From the NCBI RefSeq assembly GCF_964355755.1, contig NC_092680.1, positions 16,439,045 to 16,503,044 of the forward strand: a stretch of 64,000 nt of DNA. The letters are read 5' to 3'. Of the stretch, positions 40,001-55,000 are shown piece by piece. The notes under the pieces were generated by a model. That model saw nothing but the letters and a program-made list of their open reading frames with translations, searched no databases and was not told the origin of the DNA. The number at the start of each line of letters is the position of its first letter. Position 1 is the stretch's first letter. The DNA is from Antedon mediterranea (lineage: Eukaryota > Animalia > Echinodermata). The translations under genes and the position numbers were made by a program.

Positions 40001-43000
40001 AACAAAAATTAGAATACACACCTATTTGTATGGCACAAATATTGATAACATTTAAGTCAACACATTATCCAGATCTAATTCCAAGAATTTTTCTATACAC
40101 ATTTTTTGCTAGAGTTTAAAGCAATTATTTTGCACAAGAGTTAGTAAATTAATTAGTTAAATACACACTGTAGCAAATTCAGTTTGACCACTTCTCATTT
40201 CATTATTCCATCGTCTATTAATAGTTTTCAGAATATGTTAAATGTTTACAGTTTTCTTATGTTACATCTTTATTTTTTATTTTAGGTGATGTTGTTGTAT
40301 ATGGTGAACCTGTAGCAACGGTTACCATAGTACCTAATGACGATGCAAGTGGTATCTTTAGTTTCAGTCAACCGTTATTCCAGACAGCACAAAGTGAAGG
40401 CGTATCTGTTGACTTCTTGTACGTAATACAATATTTAATACAACTTATTAATAAAAGTTAATTGCATCGATTGCTACTATATTCAATACATCATGGAAGC
40501 GACAGTTAAGCTGTTTTAGTATAACATTCATGACATAATTTGAAATATTACTGAAATAAGCTCTGTACACTATCAAACTAGTTTGACAAAAAAAGTGTGA
40601 TGTGCCCAAATACGGTAGTGATATGGCCAAATATTGTAGTGATGTCATATGTGGGCACATCACATTTTGTTGTCACATAAAGTTTGATAGTGTAGACAGA
40701 GCTTTAGATACTGTACACACATGTTTGTTTTTTTTTCTCACACAATGATTCAAATTGGTATAGAATACTGTCAACACTCAAGCCTTGAGTTTAACAGATA
40801 TGACTATGGATCATAATAATTTGCGCGTGTGATAAAACAGTGAGAATGTATACTATTATTCAATTCCAAGTAAAATTTTAGTATGTTTGTTATGAGAATG
40901 TACAGACATATGTTATAGTAACCTCCATGATAATACTGAATAATTTTGAATTTGTGCTGTCTATATGTACTGTATTACAAGAGATTATAGAGACTATGTA
41001 CAACCATGTAATTGTCTTTATACACACAGTGTTCAAAGAGATAGGGGGTATTATGGTGTTGTACAAGTTGGATGGCAAATAGTTTATAACGGTACACTCG
41101 ACAAGGTCAATGAAGGGCAAGAGTTTGAGAAGGTTGAGGGCATTTTGGAATTTGCTGACCGTCAATCACAACAAGTTCTAAGTCTCAACGTTTTGGCTGA
41201 TTCCATTCCTGAATTTACAGAGTATTATGAAGTCCAGCTTGTAAATGTTTCAGGTTAGTTAACCATTTATAAATGTCAATGAAATTGAAATAAGGCAATG
41301 AAATTATCACCATCTTCAGTGAAACAATTCCAGTTGCATATTATACAAATAATGAATGTTTAATAATAATAATAATGTTTGTAATAATGTCATGAATTCA
41401 CCAAATGCCATTATTTGTACCATTACACACATAAACATTCATTATTTTTTTATATAACATCTAAATAGATTCCTGTCATTTGAATCAGATTGAATAAAAC
41501 AACCGTTCAATAGTGTGTACTATTGCACGCCATGTGACCCACAATCATCAAATCAAATGACAGGAATTCATTTAGGTGTTATATAAAATATACAAAAAAA
41601 ATACTTACAAATAAAAAAACATGCAAAGTACTTGACAAACAAAAGTAACATAATTCTCATACATTCATTGACCCAACAGCATCTGAACAGAAGCTGTGGC
41701 AGAACTTAATTGTATGAGACATGAGGGACCCACATAGAACCTCAAATGTTTTACATTGCAACAATTATGAATGTGTCTGACAGGGGTGGATACAACCAGC
41801 TTGGGCCCCCTCCCCCCCCCCCTAAATTTTCGCAAATTGTAATGCAAAAGATAGGACATCAAATTAAGCTCAGCCCTTCATTTCACAATTTTTAAGCCTT
41901 TCCCACCCCTCTCCCCTTTTTTTTCAAAATCCTGGATCCGCCACTGTCTGAATAAGTATTTATCTAAGGCATGAATACAATTAACAGTTGTATTTGATGT
42001 TCTGTAACATAGGTGGATATCCAAATGATGTACCAAGGTTTTCTGAGACTGGACCTTTATCAGTGGTGATCACAATCTTGCCAAATGATGACCCTTATGG
42101 AGTCTTAAGATTCCCTTCAAACTCTCGAGAAAAAAATGTTGCTGAAGATTTTTATTCAGGAGATGAATCGATTTCGGAAACAAGTTTCACCATTGTTAGA
42201 GACCAGGGACTGTTTTCAGATGTTGGGGTAAATATTTTATTATTTTATTATATTCTTTTCTCAACTTGTATGAAACTTTACTTAATGATTTTCTTTGTGC
42301 TTTTTTTTTTCCAATGGTCTTATCGCTACAGAATATAAACTTTTTTCTGTAAGATTCCTGTAATTGTATGTAACAATATAACTATACATTGCTGAAGAAA
42401 TGTGAATGTATACAGGTTTATTTATTTTAAACACTGGTCATGCTTCATTGCACACAAATTCTTAAAATGTCTGCACAAACCTGGATGTAAAATGTACTCC
42501 AATCGTAAGGATGGATTCAACTAATGCTTGGCAGTTGAATTGTAATCAATAAATCAAATGACAAAGATATATCCAAGTAACTTGCCATTCCTTCTGTATA
42601 ATGTATGTACATTGATTTAATCTTCTTACATTTATTTATTTTTTTATTTCCAAAGAAGTTCAGAAGAGAACATTAACAATATAATTATAAAAATTCAACT
42701 AAAACTGGATTTATTTGTCTAGGCATTATGGGAAGTTTTCACAGATTCTATATCTGGTGGTTTACCATCTGTGACCGACTTGTTATTTGTGGCTGAATAC
42801 ATACCTGGCGGTGGAGTTATATCAGTTCCTGACCAACGACGACCTCACACAGGAACCAATGTGTTTTCATTTTCTGGAGGATCAGGTATGTTCCCAGAGT
42901 ATCTGATTCTATTATTGTTATTGGATTTTTAAAAATAACTATTTAAAGAAAAATTTTAATTTTAATCTATTCAATTTATATCAAAGCATCTAGCTGACTA

Positions 43001-46000
43001 ATTCAATAGATCTTTAATCAAACTATATGTAACCATTACATCTTTCAGTTATACAATAATGTGTTTACATGTCTAGTAGCCTAGCTTTATTTTTTGGTAA
43101 TACTTTACTTGGTAAAATCTCCCGTTTATTAATACTGGGAACTTAAAAGCCCATTCAAATGTATTAAATTAATAATAAATATCATATTTGTTTTATTTTA
43201 TAATGTAGCAGTAATTTTTCTTGCATAAGCCTAGATTTTATGTTTTTGCCTTCAGATTCATATCTGCCAGTGGCTGCTGAATACCATCTAGCCCCATCAG
43301 TGATTACATCAGGGTTCTCTATCAGTGCTTGGGTGAAGCCTACTTTAGATTGTAATGGGTTTATCATCAGTAAAGTGTCAGCGGCTGACAGCATTAAGAT
43401 GTTTTATGGTCTTAAACTAGAAATTCAGAGTACATCATCTGCTTATATTGAATTTAGATATTCCAGTGATAATTCTGTGAGTAGTCAATTTATGGGTTGT
43501 TTTTGTTGACATGGTTTTTAATTACTGTAAAAGTTAAACAGAGTTTCAACTTGTACCAGATTATACTTATTTATTTACTGTTCGCTGTGTAGTAAAGATT
43601 TACATAAACTAACACATAAAACTAAATTACATAGACACCAGCCAAGAAGTAGATATCGGTTGATAAATACACTACCAGATAAGCATAGTTTACAGGAGGC
43701 AGCCCCTGTACTCTCCTAGCGTTTTCACAGCTGCATACTAGTTTCTTTTTTAAATATATACAACCAAGATTGTTTTTGGAAGACTGTAACATTGTGTCAA
43801 CATGATCAAGAATATAATGTTTGAAAATAAAAATCATAACAATAAGTCATTACAGTACATCTACCTCACCTAATGGTAATTAAATATATATTTACTTTTA
43901 CAGGTGAATTTATCAGCAGGTGCCACATTCAGTAATTTAATGTTGACCGATGACAAATGGCATCAGATAATTGTGGTGGTTGCTGAGCTCATGGTCAAGG
44001 TGTACGTAGATGGTCAACTCCAGGCAGATTTGTAAGTTTCACCTTAGTCATATTATTCAATATTAAAAAGTATGGTTGAATTAATAATAATCAATTATCA
44101 CTTAATATCCAATTTTGTTGTACGGCTTTCATTCCATGTCAATTATATGATTTATTCTTATTTTATATCTAAAATGATATCAGAAGAAACCCTTACATAA
44201 TTATAATATTGGCATACAAATACTGCCTTCTTCACCTCTAGGGAAAAAAGTAAATATGAAAGGATCGGCATGAAATACCTTTGCATGGTACTAAAAACTT
44301 TATTTTTTATTTCACATCTCAGGATTCTCAGTGATCAAAATGCTGATGGTGATGGCTTGATGTATGTTGGTGCTAGACTCCCAACCAGTGATAACTACAA
44401 AGGGTTATTACAAGATGTAAGACTGTACAGTAGGAGGCTAACATTGAAGTGAGTTTTAGAACTAATATTACTGGTCATCATGTATTTCATTTATTATTAT
44501 GTCTTTTTTACTATGGGAAATACAATTCCACACTCTATATTGATAAAACTATTATATTTATCATTTACAATCCTCTATACATACAAACTGTATATAATAC
44601 TCTTTTTTCTCTACATTTTTTCCTTCAGTGAAATAAGTGAGATTTGGAACAGCCCTGCTACCAAAGATGTAACACCAATTTCAGGCTATGTGACCTTTAA
44701 CCCTGATGAGAGCATACAAAACTTTAATATAACCTCCACCCAGGACACCGAAGAGGAAGGTAATGAAGTATTCACTGTCATTCTCCTCACAGTGAATGGT
44801 GGAGCAAGACTAGACTTGGAGGACAATACTGCTGTTCTTACAGGTAAAATAATCTAGAATCTCTCCAGATTATTACTGAATTCAGAAAAGGAAGATTTTA
44901 AGGCATACTTTTATAACATGCATACTATATTGTGATCTAATTTTCAGCTGACTTAACCATTTGTTGGCAGACAGTCTGTTAATTGCATGCCAACACATTC
45001 TGTTCGTTTCCTTATTACATCATTGTTGTGTTTGAAATTTAGTTAATGTGTGTATAAAGCTATATCTACACTGTCAAACTAGTGTGATGTGCCCAAATAT
45101 GGTAGTGACATGTCCAAATATGGTAGTGATATGGCCAAATATGGTAGTGATATGACATCACATGTCCATATTGGGCACATCACATACTTTTGACATAAAG
45201 TTTCATAGTGTAGACAGAGCATAAGAAATCATATCATTCATAATTGTAAAAATTAAGCAGAAACTTATTGACAACTTTATTTACTTTTAATTTCAGTACT
45301 AAAAAGTGACAACTCAAATGGATTGTTTGGGTTTTCTGGTCTTTGCTCATCGTCAATAGCAGATTTACTCTCCTCTGAGTCGGTCACATACACATGTCCA
45401 GTTGTGCGTAGCCGTGGTGATGAGGGCATTGTGTCCATTCCATGGGAAATCACAAATCTGCAGACAGGAGAGGTTGCTGTAACTGACTTTGTAAATGCTT
45501 CTGGCCTGCTGGTTTTTGAAAATGGCATCAGAGAAATGGTATGCCATTTAGTTTCACTTTTAATAATGTCATGTTTTTATGTTCCCTGTAATGTTCAGTG
45601 TAAGTTGAACTGACCTGGGATTCTACATTTTTAAAACAATGGTAAAGGTAAGGGGGGTTCATTCTGAAAGTAAGGGAATGAGCTCATTGTACTAAGCCTC
45701 TGCATTATGTGGTAAGGTTGCCAGTTCCTTTCCATGCTTCCAAACAATGATTTTAGATAAATGGTTTTTTATGTTAATTAAATAGTTTTCGATTGATGTG
45801 CTTTGTTTTTTTTTATTAATCATTTTATGTAACATTAATTTTCAAACAGGAAATCACTCTTGTTGCTGTGGAAGACTTAGTTCCAGAACTCACAGAATAC
45901 TTTACCATAATGCTCCTTACATCGCATCCTATGTCTGATGATGGCATAATTGGATCAACAGACACAAGCGGTGCCAGCATTGATCCTGACAACGTTGAAA

Positions 46001-49000
46001 ACAACCTCACTCTTGCGTCGAATGACTTTCCATATGGACTTCTGCAGTTTGCAGTTGGTTCTCCACCAGAAGCAGCTGATCCCTTAATACCAGCAGAAGA
46101 GGACATTGTTAGAGTGTCCGTAGAAGAGAAGGCAGGGTTTATCCAGCTCTTAGTTGTGAGGGCACAAGGATTACTTGGACCTGTTGCAGTTGAATGGAGC
46201 ACTCTTGATGGCACTGCTGTATCTGCTGGAAAAGATCCAATTGACTTTGTTGTAAGTAAACAATAATAATTAGAGCATTTCATTTATTTTGCCTTACAAA
46301 ATAGTATTTATTCCATCATTAAACATTAAAGTTATTTGTTGGGTATATAAATGATGACCCTATCTCTAAACTTTCTCCTATCATGTGCTTGTTTGTATAT
46401 TACAATCCCACACATAGTGGATACATATATAAGTTAAAATAGTATTAAGATGTGAGGTAGCAGGATACGTTGAATTAAGGTTGTCCATAAGTCACTATCT
46501 ATGGTTGAAGGGGTACATAGGAAGCCAGATAATGTAGGGTATTTTCATTTATTATTTATTTCATATGCATCCCACAGCAAGAACAAACTCAGGATGGATA
46601 GATTTTGTAGTTTATCATGCTTATAAACTAAGTCTCATTTGAAATGTTTAGTATAATAACTCTTGTGTCGGCCCCTGTAAGAGGATTGAATGTGTGACTG
46701 GTAGGCAAATAAGTTCAAAATAATTGTTAATCTTTAGGGAGCTGGAGGAACTTTGACCTTTGAGGATCAGCAGCGATATGCTTACATCAACATCACCATT
46801 GTTGACAACAATATTCCTGAGCTGGAGAAAACCTTCCGTGTTCAGCTGTCCAACCCAACAGGTGGAGGTAAGTCGAAGTGTGGAAATAAGAAGTGACCAT
46901 CTATGAGTGTTGTGTTAATTAATCTCACATACTTAACATATCTGTTTCTGAATCATTTACTCATGATAAAACTTTAATATTAACTATTTACCAAACTTTA
47001 TTAATATATGATTTTATACACAATATAATTATATATACAAAAATACATAGCATAAAATAATTTAACAAAAACTTGTATGCATTCAGTAGTGAAACCATTT
47101 GATCTTGATATTATATTTCACAGAATGATGTGTTTTTAAAACCCATTCTTTATAGTAAATCTACTAGAGTTTTGCACTTACTAATTTTCAATACTTATTG
47201 GTTTAAAGATGTGTCCATTACTTTTTTAAATATTAAAATGCTGCGGAAAAAAAATTATTTGCTGTTAGGATTTGTAAATATCATTGCATGTCAAGTATTT
47301 TAATCTGTTTTAGTTGAAAATAGAATACAGTATGTAGTTTATAAATTGTAGTGTGTGTGTCTATATTATATAATAATACATTATATAATATGTATTAATA
47401 ATTGTCATGTTTTTGTTCATCTTAATCTGAATCAGACGGTGAGTTTATTACCTTTCATTCATTGCATGATTATCTGCATTTCCAATCTGCACGTTTCCCC
47501 TCCCTCCCCCCCTTTTTTTAAAGTAAAAAAATAAATAATATTTTAGGTTGAGCATGAATGATATTTAAATGAAAACATGGAACACAATAGCTCGTATTAA
47601 AGTGGTAAGAATATAAGTAAATCTGTAGAAGTCTCTACAAAGCAAGACTTAGATTTTCGCTTATGCAGTCGTCCAACCATTATGAATACTAAAACATGAG
47701 GCTTTCACAGTGTGTCAGCATAAAAGTATTAATTGCAAATATTACATTTAACCTTTGACCTATTGTATTTATGTGATACCCTTTCCAACCCTTTTCACAA
47801 TTGTATTCATTTTTTATTGAAGTTTATTCCTTCACTGGTTCATTCAAAGGTGCACAGCAATATAGTTTTTCTAGCCAGGTTTTTAAAACAATTGACTTTA
47901 TTTTCTTTACAAGAATTTTATAATTCACTATGATACCACTCTTTTATTAATTTATTTAATATCTGTAGTTTTGGGGTTTAGTTTTACTTATATACAATGT
48001 TTTTTCCTGTACCTATTGCTTTTTATGACTTTTCAAAGATACAAATATCATTTTTTTTAATACTTTCTATAGACTTACAAATCCCTTCCCAACCATGTTT
48101 TTGTTCTATCAAAAATTGCAAAAGATAAATCGTATACAACTATACAGTCAACTCTCCCAATACCAGATTCTCCGAGAACCGGAAACTCTCCCAAAACCAA
48201 AAGGTCCCAAATTCATTTTTACCATTAAAAACACATTCTGAATACCAGACTTTCCAGGAAACCAGACATATTTGGCCAGCCCAGGTGTCCGATATTTGGA
48301 GATATTTTTGGTAATAATTAATATTTTCCACATTCAGCTGATCTGGACATTGGTTCAACTGTAGAAGTAACCATTCTGGATTCAGATGAGGCTTATGGGA
48401 AGTTTGAATTTGCTGAAAATTCTATTGATGTGACCATCAGTGAAACAGAGACAGCTGCACTACAGGTATTTACTCTCATTAAGCTCTGTCAACACTATCA
48501 AACTTGATGTGACAACAAAATAGATGGATGATCACATATCACTACCATATCTTGGAATTTCACTGCCATATTTGAGCACGTACATCACACTTTTTTTTCG
48601 AACTAGTTTGATAGTATAGGCAGACCTTTAAATAAGGTTATTGAGAATTAAATTTTTTTTCATTTCCTTTTCTTCTGTTCAACTCAACCAAACCAATAAA
48701 CTGTATACCTCATCTTAGGTGCTCTTGTTTCAATATTATGTTTTTAAGACAACGATTTACCTTGGTCTTGGTAATCATAGCAGGGAAAGAATAATAATTA
48801 GCATAATACTTTTAAATTTGTTATCAGGTAACAAGAACTGGTGGTGCTCTTGGTATATCTGTTGTCTATTGGCAAGTAACTTTAAACTCACCAGAAGCAA
48901 ACATTACAACAGACTTACAGGCATATAGTGGTAATATTACATTTAATGTTGAAGAGAGGGCAGTAAATATTGAAATCCAGCCAATTATGGATCAAGTAAG

Positions 49001-52000
49001 GAAATTTATTTCTGTATCTTTTATTGAAAAGTTCAGTATTCTTTATTAATTTAGCAGTTAAACATAATACCAGTCTTTAATAGTATCAATCCTTTATCTA
49101 AAAAAAGATGTATTAGATATTTTTAACTACTAAAGGTAAGAATAAAATAGGTGAAATTGGTAGTGCGAAAGAATCAAGCTCAATTAAGAATATAAATAAT
49201 ATAAAATACAAATCATGGGTCAAAGTTCAAATTAACAATAAGTAAACAATTGGTATTGTTGTCAGAAGACACACCTATTCAAAAGTACCACTAATAACAA
49301 GTTTTGTTTTGATAATTTTAAATTTTAGTATTGCTCAAACTCTACAATATTTCAAGGAGTATTTGATTTGATGCTGGTCATAATTGCAAAAGTACAAAAT
49401 AAAAAATATGTGTTTCTATGTCTACATTTATTATTAATTTTACAAACTTTCTTAAATTGTTTTTGCAGGTTCCTGAACTTGATGAAACATTCTTTGTCAC
49501 TCTAATCGCAGTCAGTGATGGTGACCTTGGAGAAAGGCAATACCTGGTTGCCCAATTAACCATTAGGGCAAGTGATGATCCCTATGGCAGGTTTATCTTC
49601 AGTCAAGAGTCCCTCGAGAATGTGCGAGTTGAAGCCAACCAGAACGTTTCTTTAAATGTATGTATACAGTATTCTTTCTTTCTTTCTTAAAGCTAACCAA
49701 AAGATTGAAATAATGAGGTTACAAAAATATTGCACTTCGAGCATTGTGTGATGTGGCTGAACAAGAAGTGGGATTTAAACCGGCATATTTATTGGATGAT
49801 TCTTAGTAACTATAATTTCTTCAGAACTTTTCTTCTTTTTACCTCTGATTATTTAAGGTTGCTATCTGCATCGTCATAATAGTGCTCCTATATTAAATAC
49901 AATGACCTTCTTGTATTGTAGATTATTCGTGAAGCTGGCTCTGTAGGCACTGTTCAGGTTTTTTATTCAACACTGCGAGATGAAGAAGACCTTCCTAACA
50001 TGCCACCATTTACAAGGTGCCTATTCTATATTATTTTTCTTGTATGCACAATTTTATGTAATTATTCCTGTAATTAATTTAACCAAGGTAATCAATTCGG
50101 AGATCAAAGGGTTTATCTGTGGCTGCAACACAATCAGTTTCACGCACCCTAAACGCGTTGACCGGTTTTCAATTGGTCAATTGGTCAATTGGTTTTCTCA
50201 AATGTATGGTGTACATAGTACAGTACTGTATTTGCCGCAGCCAGACATAAAATCAAAGAACTATTTTGAGTTCCTATCTTGGCAAAGCAAGTTCAGTGTC
50301 CTGATGAGCAAATAAGGCACACAGCCTATTTAATTTAAGAAATATAATTTTTCTTATAAAAACAGGAAGAGATAATATTTGGTAATTATGATCACTCATA
50401 GTCATTTCATCTTTGTAGTTCAGCAAAACAAATTGATGTAAAAAATATTCTACTTGTTAAATGCTAAATTGTAAAAAAGACCATTTGAAATTAAAAAGCC
50501 AAAATATTCTTTCTATTTTAGTCGAGCATCAGAAGGTGTAGATTACAAAGCAGCTCAAGGGTCAATAGTTTTCACAGACAGTCAACAAGAAGCCACTGTT
50601 ATGCTGACACTTCTAGACGATGACCAACCAGAGACTGAGGAGACATTGTTTCTTTATATAACAAGAGTTGCACTCATAGATTCTCCACAATCGGAACCTG
50701 GTATGTAGACAACATTAATCAATGTAGACATTTTTTTTCTGTGTTTTAATGACAATATGTATTACATGTATTACCAAATACAGTAAAAAAAGTGTTTTAA
50801 ACTCTCTATCATATAGAGCCAGTTGAAATTAAAGTTAAAGTTTTGTTCATCTCATTCATCAAAGTTATACAAATTTAAAAGAGTGCTCATACACCATGCT
50901 TCCAAATCTTATATCTTTTTGCTCAAATCTTTATCTTCTAAATTGTTTACATGATCTGAGCAATTTAAATGATCACCACATTATTATTGATTAGGGAAAT
51001 ATACAGAATATATTGCCTTTAAGTAGTTTCATAGTTATTTTATTGAAGCTATATAAATATTTTATTATTACACACTCTTACCTAATCTTTGTAAATCCTT
51101 AATTTTTTATAGAAAACTGTAGTTTTTGTAGTCTGGTTCTTATTATTTTTTGTAGCCATGTTAAAGGGCCAACTTAGACAAGTTACTTCTAGGTTGGTCC
51201 TCATGTTATGCTCTGTATTATTTGTATGGCATTTGATGAAATAAATGTTGAATTGAATTGCAGTCATAGATTCACCTAGCATTGGTGAGCAAAGCATCGC
51301 TGAAGTGATCATCCCAGCCAATGATAATGCTAATGGCATCCTTCAGTTGTCTGTGAGTGAGATCACTGTATCTGAAGACTTCTCTGGAACTTTCATTAAC
51401 ATTACAAGAACAGCTGGATCGTTTGGCCAGGTCAGTTTTTCTGTTATATGCAATAAAAGACAATGTAATCATTTAAACTAGTAACTGGTACTCAGGTAAC
51501 TATCTACATAGAGAAAGCCATTGACATAAAGTTGGCATTTAGATTAATGTTTTTTTTTAAGTGTACACAATATTTTTTGTTTTTTTGTGAGTGACATACC
51601 ACAGACATTGCAATAAATTCAACAAAGTAGTCAGTAATGTACTAAATAAAGCATTAATGAATATCAATTATTAGCATTAAGTGGAAAAAAAGGAAAGGAT
51701 CTTCAAAAAATGTTTTCATCTAGGTTTAAATAATATCTGTTCTTTTTGTTAAACCATAAAAAGATGTGTACATGTGCAACATTGTCAATAAGTCTTCATC
51801 AGGCATTGACTGTATATTAGCGGTTGCTTGGATTAGCTTTGCTAGTTAGTTATAAATTGCCTCCTATTGGCAAACCTTGTCTGTGGTTTATAGAAGTTCT
51901 TCATGAGTTAGTCATAATAATGTAAGACGGGAAGAACCCACAATCGTTCACAGTACACATTTAGATTAATCTTAAAATACTTACCATTATTTTGAGTTTT

Positions 52001-55000
52001 TGATATTATAATTATTAATGTTTGAGGGTCCCTAATGATCAGCTTATGCTGGATGGATCACCCTCATTAAATATTGTTCAAATAAATAAAAATAAGATCA
52101 TGTATTTATTTATACTATAAATCCCTGCTTGATGTATCTAAATAAATGCTTATCTTTTTAATCAGTTACCAAGTGTTTTATCTTTGTATATTCTTTCGAA
52201 TTGTTTATAGTAATATTAAAGTGCATTACCATATTTGGACATATCACTACCCTATTTGGACACATCACACTTTTTTTTTTGTTAAACTAGTTTGATTGTG
52301 TAGACAGAGATGTATTACAATCATTTTTGTCCCTCAGATTTCTGTGAACTTTGAAACAATACCAGACTCTGCCCAGCGGGGTCTTGATTACAGCATCACT
52401 TCATCAAATGTTGTGTTCCTTGAAGGAGAGACAACCAAAGCACTGCCCGTTGAGATTCTGAATGATCCAGTACCAGAGATTGAGGAGCAGTTTGAGATCA
52501 TTCTGCTAAATGACATCACTGGAGGTGCTGCACTAGGGTCACCCAGTAGATGTTCTGTCATTATCACTCCTTCTGATGATCCTAATGGCAGTTTTGGTAA
52601 GTATATTTTTGTGTACTGTTCAATCTATGGCTATTTTTAACATTAGTTCATTTTAAATATTTTATGTTCTGTACCTGTGGTTTTTATATAATAATTTTAT
52701 TTAATGTAATTTTAGGGCCATATAGGCTGCATATATTTTTATATCAATATTTTTTATTTTCAAGGTTTTGGACAATCACAGTTAGAGGTCAATGAACCAG
52801 AAGGAGATGATGTAACTGAACTGACAATCAGTATTATCCGTAGTGCGGGTGATATTGGTGTGGTTGCAGTCACATGGCAAGCCACTATCAATGGTGTGTA
52901 TTCTTTTCTTCATATTATCTCCTCTCCTCCACCCACGTGCCTCATTCCACCAACTTTTTTATTTACCTACCCAAAGGACACATGATCATAACATCATTTG
53001 CTAAATGTCATACTTATAATTTTAAGTCCTGTCTTTCTTTTATTTAGGTGAACTCGCTGTTGAAGATGTTTTTCCAACTGGAGGAACTCTTTATTTTTTG
53101 ACAACAAAGACAACAGAAACATTCAACATTAACATTCTTGCAGACGACATTCCAGAAGAAAATGAGGTAATAATTTATTACGATATACGGAGGCATACGC
53201 GCTGCTTACCGTTCCTAAAGAGCCAAGAATATCGTCATGTGTTTGAGGCCAATTTTCTCCTAGTTCTTCTCGGATAAGGACTATAAACCGTAGGTCCAGT
53301 GTACATAGTTATAGCCTGTGTGCAGTTTGAAGAACCTAGTTCATCATTCAAGACAAGTAGGGGGTTACTCCGGTGTACTGGTTCACAAATAGCTTCTGTA
53401 TCAGGAGGATTACCACCTATCTAATAGGACAGTGATTAAATTTACTATTAGTAATCCTTGGCCACATGTGCCAAAGACGTAAAATAAAAAAAAATACCAT
53501 TAGAATTATTCATGGTATATGTTATGAATATTGTTTATAACATTAATTATTAAATTATTATCTTATTCGATTATTCCTGTAGGATATTATTTTGACGCTT
53601 GTTAGTGCCGATGGAGGTGGTTCAATTGGCAGCCAATCAACAGCTATCATATCAATTAGTGCCAATGATAATCCACATGGAACAGTAGAGTTCGCCAACG
53701 CAGTGAGTCCAGTACTTGAAGATATCTATGGGAATAGTTTGGCAAATATTGAAATCATTAGAAGGTAAATAAAACTTTAATATTAATTAAATTATCTTGT
53801 GTAGATATTTCTTTATGAGTAATATTAATAAATATTGTAACACACCCGAATAGATCCTTGTCATTTGATTGAAAGATTGTGGGTCATGTGATGCTCAATA
53901 TACATATATATCTATAGCTCTTAAATAACAGTGCATATTCTTGTTGTGTTATACAATGAGAAACCTATTTTCACCTCAAGAAATGAATTACCCCATTGCG
54001 CTCATAAACATTAGTTGTATATGAGCAAGTTAAAACATGTTTTTTCTTTGTTTAGTGCTGGATTATTTGGTGAGCTAGAGATTATCTATAGCAGTGAACC
54101 ACTTGACATTGTTGACGAAACCTATTTAACTGGCCTAGAACCAACTGATTTTTACCATGCACCAATCCAAGGCTCTCAGATGGGTGTCTCTAAAACTGTC
54201 CTTGATGTATCTAGAGCCTCAAGCCCCTTAGGCATGTGCATTGACTTTTGTCTGAGGGAAAGGGCTTGTGCTGCTCTTGAATTTAAAGAGGCAAATGCAA
54301 CAGTTAGCTGCATGTGGTCTGTGATGGCTGATGGGGATAATATTGACTCTGGATCTGGTTTTACCCTGTACATTAAAGATGTTGCAAAGGTAATATTCTG
54401 CACACAATATTTATTTTGTAAAGAAAAAAGACATAAATTATTAGGTTTGTCACATGCATCTTTTTTTTTTCATTACAGTTATATCGATGTTTAACTTAAA
54501 CATTCGTGTTTTATGCTATATATTTCAAGACAAGTTTGAAGTTCTATGTATTTTATTTTGATTATTTTAGGCTCAGTTGTTGTATGATTCTGTAGCCCAG
54601 CCTGGTGTAGACTACACTCCAGTAATGAGTCAGTTTGTCCGCATACCTGATGGGGCTAGCACAGGCATTGTGACTGTTACCATACTTGATGATGCAATAC
54701 CTGAAATGGCAGAATCATTCAATGTAAGAATAATTTATTTTGTTATTTACAATTATTAAACATGAAAGCTGTCGAGAACATTGTACTCTCTTTTTGTAGT
54801 TTGTAATTCAGTGAGTTTTTCAACATGCACTGTTTTAGGAGTACATAATCAAGCATGGAAAACCATGTAGTTTGTCCCACTTAGAACCTATCTTGAGTGG
54901 AATCCGCCCATCCGATCTGTTGTGTGTAAAGGGTCATAAAGAATAACATAGATTCAATATTTTATTACCGCTTGTCTGTGTAAATTGGCTCTTAGTTGTT

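Noticed and set aside
45825-46283. 152-aa antisense ORF and similar minus-strand ORFs over exons (7065, 22388, 34462, 35092, 54176, 55199)
   Set aside because: Shadows of the + strand coding exons.
52000-52095. Possible LINE 3'-end remnants ending in AATAAA-rich tails (also about 1590-1720, 4400-4565, 23560-23760, 30770-30960, 39430-39480, 56930-57140)
   Set aside because: Suggestive only. There are no second copies in the window or coding remnants, so they cannot be supported without a repeat library.
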